DNA of 64,000 bases from Verrucomicrobiota bacterium (GTDB lineage Bacteria; Verrucomicrobiota; Verrucomicrobiia; Opitutales; Seribacteraceae), in contig JAQBYT010000002.1 in assembly GCA_027622665.1 (NCBI GenBank), positions 324,266 through 388,265 on the forward strand. The letters are read 5' to 3'. Below, in pieces: positions 42,574-52,904 of this stretch (its first letter is position 1; every line of letters begins with the position of its first letter). Made by a program: the position numbers and the translations under genes. The notes beneath the pieces are model-generated. The model was not told the origin of the DNA, did no database searches, and saw nothing but the letters and a program-made list of their open reading frames with translations.

Positions 42574-44052
42574 ATGACACTTCGAATACTCTTTGTTTTA
42601 CTTGTTGGCTCTGGCGTTTTTTCGACCTATGCCAAACGGCCAAACATTTTATTTATCCTAGCCGACGACCAGTCGCCCTTCGATTTCAAGTCCTATAACC
42701 CGTCCACAGCTCTGAAGGCCCCGACCATCGGCAAGCTGGCGGCGGAGGGCATGACCCTTGACCAAGCTTACCACATGGGCTCGATGTCCGGCGCGGTATG
42801 TTCGCCCTCTCGGAGAATGATCATGACGGGTCGCACAGTCTGGCACTTGCAGGGAACCGGCTCAAAAAAGAACAAGAAAAAAGAGGACAAGTCAGGTGTC
42901 TCGAACCCGATTGAGAATTGTTTGCCCGTCATTTTCAACAAGGCCGGCTACGACACCATGCGCACCTGTAAAAATGGAAATAGCCATAACGGAGCCAATG
43001 CCCAGTTCACGGTGCGGCACGACGCCACCAAAAGAGGCGGTACGAAAGAATCCGGCAGTCACTGGCACGGAGATCAGGTGCTCAACTACCTAGCCGACCG
43101 GGAAAAGGGCAAGGGCGAGAATCCGTTTTTTATCTACTTTGGCTTTTCCCATCCGCACGATGTCCGTGACGGCACTCCTGAACTACTCAACAAGTACGGA
43201 GCGGTGAACCATCGCGACAAGAAGTCCTTGCCGCCGGCTAATCCTAAGGCCCCGAGGTTGCCCCTCAACTGGTTGCCCAAGCATCCCTTTCACCACGGTC
43301 ATCCCGGTTTGCGGGACGAAGTGTCGGTCAGCGGAGTATGGGAACGGCGCGACGAGGTGACCATACGCAACGAGATCGGGCGCCAGTTGGCCTGCGCCGA
43401 AAACATCGACCGCCAAGTCGCTCGAGTTCTCAAGAAGCTCGAAGCGATGGGCGAGCTGGACAACACCTATGTTTTCTACACTGCGGACCATGGCATGGCG
43501 ATCGGTCGCCATGGTCTGCAAGGCAAGCAAAACCTTTATGAGCACACTTGGCGTGTACCGTTCTTTGCCAAGGGTCCCGGGATCAAGGCCGGCAGTCGGG
43601 CTCTCGGAAATATCTATCTACTCGATGTCATGGCCACCTTCTGCGACCTGGCCGGGTTCAAGGCACCAGCCACCTGCGAGGGAATAAGTTTCAAGCCCGT
43701 GCTGATGGGCAAGAAACAGACTACGCGCGAGGTTTTGTACGGCGTCTACTGCGGCGGCACCAAGCCGGGCATGCGCTCGGTCCGCAAGGGCGACTGGAAA
43801 TTAATCAAGTACGACGTCATGGAGGGGAAGGTGCGGGAGACCCAGCTCTTCAACTTGAAAGAGAACCCGCACGAGTACCTTAAGCAAAACCACGACTCCA
43901 AGGTGAAGGCGCAGTCGGGGGCCAATCCGAAGTCCAATCAGCGCAACCTGGCCAAGGACCCCGAGCACGCCGCAAAGCTGAAGGAGATGGAGGCGTTGTT
44001 GCTTTCTGAGATGAAGCGACTGAACGACCCTTATCGTTTGTGGGACCAGTAG
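42574..44052 (+). CDS. Sulfatase (choline-sulfatase-like)
   Basis: ADDQ, CSPSR, HPHD, ADHG, GKQNLYE. Confidence 0.9.
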   Translation: MTLRILFVLLVGSGVFSTYAKRPNILFILADDQSPFDFKSYNPSTALKAPTIGKLAAEGMTLDQAYHMGSMSGAVCSPSRRMIMTGRTVWHLQGTGSKKNKKKEDKSGVSNPIENCLPVIFNKAGYDTMRTCKNGNSHNGANAQFTVRHDATKRGGTKESGSHWHGDQVLNYLADREKGKGENPFFIYFGFSHPHDVRDGTPELLNKYGAVNHRDKKSLPPANPKAPRLPLNWLPKHPFHHGHPGLRDEVSVSGVWERRDEVTIRNEIGRQLACAENIDRQVARVLKKLEAMGELDNTYVFYTADHGMAIGRHGLQGKQNLYEHTWRVPFFAKGPGIKAGSRALGNIYLLDVMATFCDLAGFKAPATCEGISFKPVLMGKKQTTREVLYGVYCGGTKPGMRSVRKGDWKLIKYDVMEGKVRETQLFNLKENPHEYLKQNHDSKVKAQSGANPKSNQRNLAKDPEHAAKLKEMEALLLSEMKRLNDPYRLWDQ

Positions 44053-44106
44053 CGGAGCGCGGTGCGATGGAAATCGGAAATCGGAATGTGGCAAAGAAGC
44101 CAGTGA

Positions 44107-45237
44107 ATGAAGCTTTGTGATTGGCGATTCACCATGAAGCAACGCATCTTGGCATTTGCTTGGGCATGCCTTGCCCCATACTTGACTCCCAGCTGGGGTC
44201 TCGCGGCAGATTCTCCCCAGCTCGAATGGATCAAAGTAAGTTCCGACAAGAAAGGTTTCGTTCAAGCTCGCTCGGGTGAACCATTCGTTGTCTGGGGCGT
44301 TAACTACGATCACGACGCCGCCGGCGCCCTGCTGGAAGACTTTTGGCGCGACGACTGGGAAACCGTGGTCGAGGATTTCAAGGAGATGAAAGCTCTTGGC
44401 TGCAACCTCGTACGAATTCATCTGCAGCTCGGCAAGTGCATGAAGACTGCCAAGCTACCCGACGAAGCCAATCTGGAACAACTGGCCAAACTACTGAAAC
44501 TGGCCGAGAAGACAGGGCTGTATCTCGATCTCACGGGTCTTGGGTGCTATCACAAGCAGGACGTTCCCGAGTGGTACGACAAGCTTGATGAACCGGAACG
44601 CTGGAAGGTCCAAGTTCGCTTTTGGCAGGCAGTCGCCAAGGTCTGCAAGGACAGCCCGGTCATCTTTTGTTACGACCTCATGAACGAACCGGTTTTGCCC
44701 GGCAAAACAAACAGCGCCGAATGGCTTACGGGTGAGTTGGCCGGCAAGTATTTCGTCCAGCGAATTGCCCTCGAGCTAAAAGGCCGCTCCCGCAAGGAGA
44801 TCGCCAAGGCGTGGGTCGCCCAGTTGTCGAGCGCCATACGGGAAGTGGACCCCAAGCACATGATTACGGTCGGGGTGATCCCATGGGCCCTTACGTTCAA
44901 AGGGGCCAAACCGCTCTTTCACGATCCCGAGGTGGGCAAGCCCCTCGACTTCGTCAGCGTGCACTTCTACCCGAGAACAGGCCAGGTCGATGCTGCCCTC
45001 GACGCATTGAAAGTCTATGAGGTGGGAAAGCCCTTGGTTATCGAGGAAATATTCCCCATCAAGTGCGGCTTGGACGATTTGGACGCCTTCATCAAGAAAT
45101 CCCGGGCTTTCACCGACGGATGGATCAGTTTCTATTGGGGGAAAACCATCAAGGAGTACGAGAAGGACGCCGATGTAAGCGGAGCCTTGATGGCCCAGTG
45201 GTTGCGGTACTTTCAGGAGAACTCACTGGCGAAATAA
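44107..45237 (+). CDS. Glycoside hydrolase family 5-like (cellulase family)
   Basis: WGVNY, RIHLQ, YDLMNEP, HFYP, LVIEE. Start may be 44134. Confidence 0.8.
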   Translation: MKLCDWRFTMKQRILAFAWACLAPYLTPSWGLAADSPQLEWIKVSSDKKGFVQARSGEPFVVWGVNYDHDAAGALLEDFWRDDWETVVEDFKEMKALGCNLVRIHLQLGKCMKTAKLPDEANLEQLAKLLKLAEKTGLYLDLTGLGCYHKQDVPEWYDKLDEPERWKVQVRFWQAVAKVCKDSPVIFCYDLMNEPVLPGKTNSAEWLTGELAGKYFVQRIALELKGRSRKEIAKAWVAQLSSAIREVDPKHMITVGVIPWALTFKGAKPLFHDPEVGKPLDFVSVHFYPRTGQVDAALDALKVYEVGKPLVIEEIFPIKCGLDDLDAFIKKSRAFTDGWISFYWGKTIKEYEKDADVSGALMAQWLRYFQENSLAK

Positions 45238-45291
45238 GGTTTGGCCGGTCAGATTGCCCAAGGCGGAAAGGTGATGAACGAATATTGGAAC

Positions 45292-45366
45292 AAAATGGAA
45301 GAGATGGAAGCGCTGTTATTTTCCGAGATGAAGCGTTCCGACGATCCTTATCGTTTGTGGAATTAG
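45292..45366 (+). repeat. Displaced 3' end of a sulfatase allele (copy of about 43975-44052)
   Basis: 49/60 nt identity (45301-45360 vs 43984-44043); EMEALLFSEMKRSDDPYRLWN* vs EMEALLLSEMKRLNDPYRLWDQ*. Confidence 0.9.
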
Positions 45367-46178
45367 GAAGAACAATAGTTAGTGGAGGAATCGCTCGGGC
45401 TCTCTGCCTGTTGGTTTTGTCTGTCTGCCCTTGTTTTTATTCATGCGCCGATGAAAACAATGAGGCCGTACTCGCCCCCCCGAAATCATCTCCTGTAAAG
45501 ATTCCTGTTTTCAGTAGGCAACAAGTGCCGTCGAGTCCTCGTTCGCGTGAGGCGGTGACGAGGGTTGTTCCATCACTCATTAGGCAATTGGAGTCTCGGA
45601 ATCTATCCTATGGATCTCCGATTTTCATTCGAATCTTCAAGAGGGAGCGCGAATTGGAGTTTTGGTTGAGGAAGGGCAAGAAGTACAATCTCTTTCGCAC
45701 TTATCCAATTGCGGCCATGTCCGGTCAGTTGGGTCCGAAACTTCTCGAGGGGGATAGGCAGGCTCCCGAAGGCTTTTACTATGTTTCTCCCTCTAGGATG
45801 AATCCGAACAGTCGTTTTCATTTATCCATGAATTTAGGCTACCCTAACCGCTATGATCGAGTTCACGGTCGAACCGGGAGCGCCTTGATGATCCATGGCG
45901 GGAGAACCTCCATCGGTTGCTTTGCCATGACCGATCCGAAAATAGAAGAAATTTACGCCATGGCAGATGCTGCCTTGCGTAATGGCCAAATGTTCTTTCG
46001 CGTGCATTGTTTCCCTTTTCGAATGAGTGAAGCCAATATGAAAAAGTACGCTCAGTCGAAATGGAATTCCTTTTGGGCCAATCTAAAGCCCGGGTATGAT
46101 TTTTTCGAGTCATCCAAGTTGCCTCCCGACGTTCGAGTGGAAGAGAGGAAATACTTGTTTGGAAAAGCAACGAACTGA
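45357..46178 (+). CDS. L,D-transpeptidase family protein (YafK/DpaA-like); start uncertain
   Basis: IRIFK..ELE, GPK..EGDRQAPEGFY, GSALMIHGG..SIGCFAM. Confidence 0.85.
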   Translation: MELGRTIVSGGIARALCLLVLSVCPCFYSCADENNEAVLAPPKSSPVKIPVFSRQQVPSSPRSREAVTRVVPSLIRQLESRNLSYGSPIFIRIFKRERELEFWLRKGKKYNLFRTYPIAAMSGQLGPKLLEGDRQAPEGFYYVSPSRMNPNSRFHLSMNLGYPNRYDRVHGRTGSALMIHGGRTSIGCFAMTDPKIEEIYAMADAALRNGQMFFRVHCFPFRMSEANMKKYAQSKWNSFWANLKPGYDFFESSKLPPDVRVEERKYLFGKATN

Positions 46179-46199
46179 TGTGGTGACTCTTAGTAGTCG

Positions 46200-46499
46200 A
46201 TGAAAAAACCGACCAACATATGGATCATCTTTTGCTTGCAGGCATTTCTTTTCCTGTCCTCCGCATTGGCGGTCCCGCCACCGAATATTCTACTCATCGT
46301 GTCGGAGGACAACGGGCCTGAGCTGAGTTGCTACGGTGAACCCTATGTCAAGACGCCGGTTCTCGACAAGTTAGCCTCGGAAGGCGTCCGCTTCGAACGG
46401 GCCTACGTGCCGCAGGCAGGCTGCAGCCAGTCGCGGGCGGCCTACCTGACCGGGTTGTACCCTCACCAGAACGGGAAGTGGCGCTTGTTGGACAGCTAG
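46200..46499 (+). pseudogene. N-terminal fragment of a sulfatase
   Basis: Signal peptide, PNILLIVSED, CSQSRAAYLTGLYPHQNG, then a stop at 99 aa. Confidence 0.85.
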
Positions 46500-46533
46500 A
46501 TCAGTTGTCTCTTCTCCCCTTTTTTGCCACCTC

Positions 46534-46851
46534 GTGAAATCCCTGTTTGCTCAGTCCCTTCGCACACTGCTTCTCACGGTCCTTTCATGCGGCCTTCTCG
46601 CCGGGGCCGAGAAAGCCCGACCCGAACAGAAGCCCGTTTTTCAAAAGGGTGGGGGATTTGCCCCAGATGAAAGTGTCCTTTACCAGAAAGCGTTTGGCAA
46701 AAAGGAAAAGACCGCGGAGGAACTTCACCTGGAGTTCTTTTATCCCGACGGTTTCACCAAGACCGATTCACGGCCCTGCATCGTGTTCTTCTGCGGCAGT
46801 GGAATAACAATGGGTTACCGCCAGTTCTATCCACAAGCCCAAGAAGCCTAG
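46534..46851 (+). pseudogene. N-terminal fragment of a secreted alpha/beta hydrolase
   Basis: Signal peptide, LHLEFFYP...RPCIVFF.G.G...QFYPQA, then a stop. Confidence 0.6.
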
Positions 46852-46883
46852 GGAACCGAAACTTCCCAAGAACAAATAGGGGA

Positions 46884-47813
46884 TTATTGACGGGGCATAG
46901 ATAATTGCTCGGTGATCGGGAGCAATCCGCGGGCTGTTTGTATCCCCGCATCCCTTAGAGCTTTCATAATGGCTCGCATGCCTAGATCCTTTGCCATGCC
47001 GGGGGAGAGGTGCATGCTGGAGAAAAAGAACCTTGATTCATACATCTGGCCCGCCAAGTTGCGTTCTCCGAGCCGAACCTCGGGTTCGGGACTGAGGAGA
47101 ATTTTTTCCCCGTCTGCAGCTTCTTCCATGGCGCCAAGCAGAACCTCGGAAACTGCGTCATGGGAAAGCGATGGATCAAATACGAAAAAGAGATCTACCC
47201 GACAAGTCGGATCCTCAGCTCGAAAATTGGTTATAGTGGCATCGCACAATTTGCGGTTGGGAACGACGACGAGGTTTTTGCCGGTGGTCTTGAGCCGGGT
47301 GGTTCGCCAGTTGATTTCCTTTACCCGTGCCACGACATGGTTTTCCGGGCGATTGCCTTGGATTTCGATCCAATCTCCCACGGCAAAAGGTTTTTCCATT
47401 TGGAGGGCAACACCGCATGCAACGTCTAGGATCATATCTTTAAGAGCAAAGCCCGTTACCAGACCGAGGATGCCCGATGTGGCCCACAACCCAGTGATGG
47501 AACGATCGAGGACCGTCGCGACAATTCCAGAAACGGCGACGGTGAAGACCAGCAGCGTTACGATATCTTTGAAAATCCTTGGCGGTTCTTTCCCCAATAA
47601 GTGAATTGCGATTCGGCCCCACAATACAACTTCTAGCAAGCGAGTCACTACATGTGCCCCGGATAGCCATATCGCAGCTTGTAGACCGTAGCGCAGATAG
47701 ACTCCAGTCACGGCTTCAAAGTTTTTGCTGAACTGGGCGGTGATCCCATCACTGAAAAGTAATAGGCTGACGAGTGATACCAATGTCAGGATAGGAAAAA
47801 GTAGCCTTTTCAT
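46884..47813 (-). CDS. Mechanosensitive ion channel (MscS family)
   Basis: GFALKD, PFAVGDWIEI, INWRTT, VPN. Confidence 0.88.
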   Translation of the reverse strand: MKRLLFPILTLVSLVSLLLFSDGITAQFSKNFEAVTGVYLRYGLQAAIWLSGAHVVTRLLEVVLWGRIAIHLLGKEPPRIFKDIVTLLVFTVAVSGIVATVLDRSITGLWATSGILGLVTGFALKDMILDVACGVALQMEKPFAVGDWIEIQGNRPENHVVARVKEINWRTTRLKTTGKNLVVVPNRKLCDATITNFRAEDPTCRVDLFFVFDPSLSHDAVSEVLLGAMEEAADGEKILLSPEPEVRLGERNLAGQMYESRFFFSSMHLSPGMAKDLGMRAIMKALRDAGIQTARGLLPITEQLSMPRQ

Positions 47814-48270
47814 TGGTCGGAAAAGCGGTAAATACTGTTATTCATTTTCATCTGAAAGCATCCGCCCTCAGTCTCTTTTTTCTGAAATTACAGATGATTC
47901 GAAAAGATAAGTTCATTCAAGAATGGGAGCGATATAAGGCATTGGCAGATCTTTTTACATGGGCGGCATAAATGGTTTCGCCAATTTGCCTTCCAGTTGT
48001 ATGAAGTTTACAGAGCTTAATATCTTTGAATTTGAATTTTAACCTCCTGGATTTCATGATTTATGACTTTTCTTTAGGTAGATGAAGTCCTCTTGGTGTC
48101 TGAGCGAGGAGCGGTTCTGTTGTCTTAAGCTTATCCGCAATAGGTGTTTGTGAGATTAGTCGAATGGGCGTTCGAGCATTGGAAACATTGTGGCATTGTG
48201 ATTTTGAGTGAAGATGGTCTTCTCTTTTAGTCTAGGAATTCCAGTTTTTCTTTAATAGACTTTCGCTCTG

Positions 48271-49803
48271 ATGATTCTGAAACAGAAGATTCCCTGTATT
48301 ACGGCAATTGCTGCTTTGGTTTTTCTTGCATGCTCTTCGGTCACAGTAGCTGTTACTCCAGCGAATATCTTTTCCGATCACATGGTGCTGCAACGCGACG
48401 CTGCTGTTCCCATTTGGGGCAAGGCGGGCGTGGGCGCTTCTGTGACGGTTGCGTTCGCCGGTCAGTCGGTGAAGACCAAGACGGACAAGGAAGGTCGCTG
48501 GAAACTTACGCTGGGTCCGATGAAGGTATCGGCCAAGGGGCGGTCTCTGGAAATAAGCTCGGGCGACGAGCGGGTGGCGATCGCCGACGTATTGGTTGGC
48601 GACGTATGGTTTGCCGGAGGGCAGTCCAATATGGATTACAAGGTCAACGGCATGGCTCGGCGCTTGGCCGAGGGCAAGGAATTGGCGGATGCTGCGAACT
48701 TTCCCGGCATTCGCCACCGCAAGGTGAACGAGAGGAACGCCCCTGTTCCACAGCGAGACCTAACGGGAGGTAGTTGGGTGGTCTGTACCCCAAAGAGCGT
48801 GCACGGATTTTCGGGCGTGGCCTTTGTGTTTTCCCGGCGCCTGCACCTGGAACTAAAGATCCCCATCGGAGTGATCGACTGCGCTTGGGGCGGCACGCCA
48901 ATCGAGCCTTATGTTCCCGTCGAGGCATTCAAGGGTCATCCCACGCTGGTCAAGCTGGCCGCCTTGGCCAAGGTCGGAGATTTCGAGGCGATCAAGAAAA
49001 TGCCCGGCGGCACCTTTGTTCGCAGTCCGGCTTGGTTGGTGGGGGCGATCTACAATGGACGTATCGCGCCGGTCGCGCCTTACGGCATATGCGGGGCGAT
49101 TTGGTATCAGGCGGAGTCGAACTGTGGACAGGGCGAGGATCCACGCGACTACCGCCACAAGCAGCGGGCCCTGGTCCAAGGATGGCGTCAGGCGTGGAAC
49201 AACGAAAACCTTCCATTCTTCTATGTCCAGTTGCCCCAATGGAGGAGCTACGCCTGGACCTATGCCCGGGAGGAGCAGTTGCGGGCCATGGAAGTCGATG
49301 GCACGGGGATGGCCGTCACCATCGACCTCGACCACGCGAACGACATCCATCCACCCAACAAAATCGACGTCGGCGAGCGTTTGGCTCTCTGGCCGCTGGC
49401 CAAACTTTACGGCAAGAAGATACCGTTCAGCGGTCCGTTGTTTCGTGAGGCCAATATTCGTGATGCGGAGGTCATGGTACGTTTCGATCATGCAAGGGAA
49501 GGCCTCATTGCGGGGCGTATCGAAGGCGTGGGCAAAATCGTCAAGGCCAAGGACGGTGTCCTGTACGGGTTTGAGTTGGTAGGGGAGGACGGCGAGTGGC
49601 ATCCAGCCAATGCCATCGTGAAGGGACAGACCGTGTCGGTGAAAAGCTTACAGGTGAAACGCCCCGTTGCGGTGCGTTATGCTTGCCATCCGGAAGCCCC
49701 GAAAGATCGCCCGTGGAACCTGTACAATCAGGCGGGCTTGCCTGCCTCACCTTTTTGTTCGGACTGGAAGCGGATGCCTTACGATCCGTCCAAGAACCCG
49801 TAA
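48271..49803 (+). CDS. Sialate O-acetylesterase family protein
   Basis: FSDHMVLQR, GQSNM, WGGT, WYQAESN, DIHPPNK, GLPASPF. Confidence 0.88.
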   Translation: MILKQKIPCITAIAALVFLACSSVTVAVTPANIFSDHMVLQRDAAVPIWGKAGVGASVTVAFAGQSVKTKTDKEGRWKLTLGPMKVSAKGRSLEISSGDERVAIADVLVGDVWFAGGQSNMDYKVNGMARRLAEGKELADAANFPGIRHRKVNERNAPVPQRDLTGGSWVVCTPKSVHGFSGVAFVFSRRLHLELKIPIGVIDCAWGGTPIEPYVPVEAFKGHPTLVKLAALAKVGDFEAIKKMPGGTFVRSPAWLVGAIYNGRIAPVAPYGICGAIWYQAESNCGQGEDPRDYRHKQRALVQGWRQAWNNENLPFFYVQLPQWRSYAWTYAREEQLRAMEVDGTGMAVTIDLDHANDIHPPNKIDVGERLALWPLAKLYGKKIPFSGPLFREANIRDAEVMVRFDHAREGLIAGRIEGVGKIVKAKDGVLYGFELVGEDGEWHPANAIVKGQTVSVKSLQVKRPVAVRYACHPEAPKDRPWNLYNQAGLPASPFCSDWKRMPYDPSKNP

Positions 49804-49825
49804 GCCCTAATCCTTGGGAACCTCC

Positions 49826-50719
49826 ATGAGAGCTATCTGTGCACTTTTAGTATTCCTTGTCGCTTCGTTTCATTCGTTTGGCGCCGATCCGCGACCGGGT
49901 AGCCCGCTTTTTCGCTTTGGGGCGGTGGCCGATTGCCAGTACTGCGAGTCAACCAGCAAGGTGAGGAAGTACAATCTGTCGCCCAAGAAGCTCACTGCCT
50001 GCGTGGAGCACTACAACAAAATGGAACTGTCCTTCGTGGTGCACCTCGGTGATTTCATCGATCGCGACTTCGCCAGCTTCGACAAAGTCGTCCCGATCTA
50101 CAACCGGCTAAATGCTCCGCACTACCATGTTCTCGGCAATCATGACTTTTCGGTGGCGGACGACAAAAAGACCTTGGTGCCAGCCAAACTCGGGCTCAAG
50201 CAGCGTTACTACGATTTCACCCGCAAGGGTTGGCGATTCATCGTCATCGACGGCAACGACGTGAGCCTGCATGCGTGGCCAAAGGATGATCCCCGCACCA
50301 AGGCGGCCTCAATATATCACCGTTCCTTGAAGCCGCGCCCACCCAGTTGGAATGGAGCCTTGGGCGACGAGCAACTGAAATGGATCGAAGCCAAGCTAAA
50401 GACCGCCACGAAAGCCAAGGAACGAGTGATGCTCTTTTGTCATTTCCCTGTTTACCCAAAGAACGGCCACAACTTGTGGAATGATAAAGCCCTGACCAGC
50501 CTGCTGGCCCGCTACCCCTGCGTGGCGGCCTACGTAAACGGGCACAATCATGCCGGCAACTACGGGCAGCGTGACGGCATCCACTACCTCACCTTGAAGG
50601 GCATGGTCGACACCGAGCAGAGCTCATACTCGGTCATCGAGGTCTATGCGGACCGCCTCGTGGTGAAGGGTTTTGGCCGGGAAACGAACCGAGACCTTCC
50701 GCTGCCTAAGCGTCCCTAG
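49826..50719 (+). CDS. Calcineurin-like metallophosphoesterase
   Basis: ADCQY, LGDFID, GNHD, CHFP, GHNH. Confidence 0.88.
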   Translation: MRAICALLVFLVASFHSFGADPRPGSPLFRFGAVADCQYCESTSKVRKYNLSPKKLTACVEHYNKMELSFVVHLGDFIDRDFASFDKVVPIYNRLNAPHYHVLGNHDFSVADDKKTLVPAKLGLKQRYYDFTRKGWRFIVIDGNDVSLHAWPKDDPRTKAASIYHRSLKPRPPSWNGALGDEQLKWIEAKLKTATKAKERVMLFCHFPVYPKNGHNLWNDKALTSLLARYPCVAAYVNGHNHAGNYGQRDGIHYLTLKGMVDTEQSSYSVIEVYADRLVVKGFGRETNRDLPLPKRP

Positions 50720-50734
50720 CGGCTTCGTTTTACA

Positions 50735-51958
50735 CTATTTACGTGGGGTGATTTCCAAGGTGGCTGGCGCGCCGATGACCACCTTCGGCAAAGTAAGCAA
50801 TCCGTCTTTGTTTGCCAATTGGGTTCCTGCCTGCAGTTGCTTCCCTTGGCGAGTCATTCTCCATGCGTAGGACATGCCCGCCTCGGTCTTGAATTTTTGC
50901 AGGCGTCGGAGTGTGACTTCAGCCGTGGCTTGCTTGGGGATTGCGGCCGGTTTGCCCAGTTCGTCCTGACGCACCAGGCGCAGCTCCATGGAGAAGCTCC
51001 CTTTTTTGTCCTCCAGGTTCTTCCAGCGAAAGTAGCCGTTGATCTGGCCCGACTGGTCTTTTCCCTTTCCCCTGAAACCGGGATACACCTGGTCGGAGTC
51101 GGCGTTGCCGAAGACGGGATAGGCCTCGTTCTTGACGATCTCTCTCCAAGGGAAATCGTAGACTGAGCTGTTGACCATGGAAGGCCTGGAGGCGTGACCG
51201 AAGGGACCCCACCCGAAGATCATGGGCAGCTTGTTCTCCTTGCAGTAAGCTAGAAGGTCTTCCTGCCGCTTGGACCAGCCATCGGTTTGGGACGAGGTGT
51301 TGATGGTGGGCGGTGGGTCGGGGTAATTCGAGTTTTGGAGCCGAAAGAGAAAATGTTCTGCCCCTGCGGGAACGTTTACCAAAATGGCGGCAAATAGGTC
51401 GCCCCGAACATAACCTATGCCAAGGCTTCCCGAACCGCCCATGGAACGTCCACTGAGGTAGATCCTGTTGCGATCGAGCTTTTGGTTCTTGACCGCCCAT
51501 TCGATGGTCTGCAGGACACGCTCTTCCGCGGACTGAAGAAGGGCTTTGTGTTGATCTTTGCTCTTCTCGATGGTTTTCCACCCCCACCACCAGTCCGTGT
51601 TCAAGGATCTGCAATCGAGGTACAGGGCGCAATGCTCCTTGGCCACGTACTGATGGCGATGCTTGGCGGCAAAGGCTTCGTTGATTGCTTGCTTGGCTGA
51701 ACCGCCGGCGTGGTGCAGTACAACGTGCAAAGGCGGGTTGGCGATGGTTCCGTCAGCGGGAACCAAGTAAAAAGGTACGGCTTTCCCATCCTGTTTTGCG
51801 TGCTCGTAAAAAAATGCTTTCCTGCCCCCGATGTTAAATTCCTCGCGGAGGGCAAGGTCCTCCATGAAGTTCCTTTGGGATGTGGCCTTGTCAGCTGCCC
51901 ATGTCGGGGCTGCCAACGAGGCAAGCAATAAGGCGAATGCTAGTTTCTTGGGAGTCAT
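50735..51958 (-). CDS. Secreted alpha/beta-hydrolase-fold protein
   Basis: Signal peptide; VLHHAGG; DRNRIYLSGRSMGG. Confidence 0.7.
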   Translation of the reverse strand: MTPKKLAFALLLASLAAPTWAADKATSQRNFMEDLALREEFNIGGRKAFFYEHAKQDGKAVPFYLVPADGTIANPPLHVVLHHAGGSAKQAINEAFAAKHRHQYVAKEHCALYLDCRSLNTDWWWGWKTIEKSKDQHKALLQSAEERVLQTIEWAVKNQKLDRNRIYLSGRSMGGSGSLGIGYVRGDLFAAILVNVPAGAEHFLFRLQNSNYPDPPPTINTSSQTDGWSKRQEDLLAYCKENKLPMIFGWGPFGHASRPSMVNSSVYDFPWREIVKNEAYPVFGNADSDQVYPGFRGKGKDQSGQINGYFRWKNLEDKKGSFSMELRLVRQDELGKPAAIPKQATAEVTLRRLQKFKTEAGMSYAWRMTRQGKQLQAGTQLANKDGLLTLPKVVIGAPATLEITPRK

Positions 51959-51992
51959 CTCAATTTATTTCGTTTATTGTTTGGACGAAATT

Positions 51993-52020
51993 CTTTCAGC
52001 GCTTCGCTGACTTTTCGAGC
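51993..52020 (-). repeat. Short displaced copy of the SGNH gene 3' end (vs 52091-52118)
   Basis: 23/28 nt identity. Confidence 0.55.
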
Positions 52021-52087
52021 AACTGGATGGGTCATCCATCCTTAGCGGATTACTGGAATGTGTTTTGGGAATCAAACCCAACGAACA

Positions 52088-52825
52088 TTACTTCCAGTTC
52101 TTCGCGGACTTATCGAGCTGTTTATCCGTGAGACCAAACGCTTGCGCCACGCCTCTGGCCATCATAACGTTTCCCGCCTTGTTCATGTGAACACCATCAC
52201 TGGTTAATTGCTTCCCCTTGGGTGCATCGGCGGGAAATTTTTTCAATCCGTTTTGCATGTCGGTGTTCAGGTCGGCCAGAAGGCATTTCTTTTCCTTGGC
52301 GAGGTCCCTGATGAATTCATTGTAGGGAGCCAGTTTTTGATTTAGGTCGTTGCTTTGATCTTCCTTGATCATGGTGGAGGTCAGCAGTACCACTTTTACG
52401 CCTGCGGCTTGAGCCTTCTTTACGATCTCGGTGATGTTCTTTTTGTAAGACTCGAGATCGACTCCACGTTTGCCATGCCATACGTCGTTGACGCCGCAAC
52501 TCAAGGTCATCCAGTCCGGCTTGTGTTTGAGGACGTCCTTATCGAGGCGAGCAAGCATTTGATTCGACTTATGGCCACTTATCCCGGCAAAAACACCAGA
52601 GGTGTCAATTCCTTGATCTTTCAAGGCGGATAAAACCAGTTGGCAGTAGCCGCCCGGGCGCTTGCCCGCCGCGGTTATGGAATCACCAAGGAAAGCGATT
52701 TTTTGACCTTTTTTTACTGCGATTTCACCAGCCTCGGCGTTTTGTCCCAGGGGGATCACGCACAAGGCCATAAAAATGGCCTGAGTTGATGATTTGATGA
52801 AAGAACTTCTTGTTGGTTTCGACAT
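52088..52825 (-). CDS. SGNH/GDSL hydrolase
   Basis: FLGDSIT, GISG, GVND, DGVH. Confidence 0.9.
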   Translation of the reverse strand: MSKPTRSSFIKSSTQAIFMALCVIPLGQNAEAGEIAVKKGQKIAFLGDSITAAGKRPGGYCQLVLSALKDQGIDTSGVFAGISGHKSNQMLARLDKDVLKHKPDWMTLSCGVNDVWHGKRGVDLESYKKNITEIVKKAQAAGVKVVLLTSTMIKEDQSNDLNQKLAPYNEFIRDLAKEKKCLLADLNTDMQNGLKKFPADAPKGKQLTSDGVHMNKAGNVMMARGVAQAFGLTDKQLDKSAKNWK

Positions 52826-52904
52826 TGTTATTTCCTAGTGATTTGTTTGGTAATTCCGGTTTGTGCCTTAGTGGCCGTTACAAATTCGTTGGTTTGGGTG
52901 GTGG

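Noticed and set aside
45063..45356. N-terminal extension of the L,D-transpeptidase ORF as given in the track
   Set aside because: It overlaps the GH5 gene and the orphan sulfatase end in another frame; the real start is probably at or after 45357.
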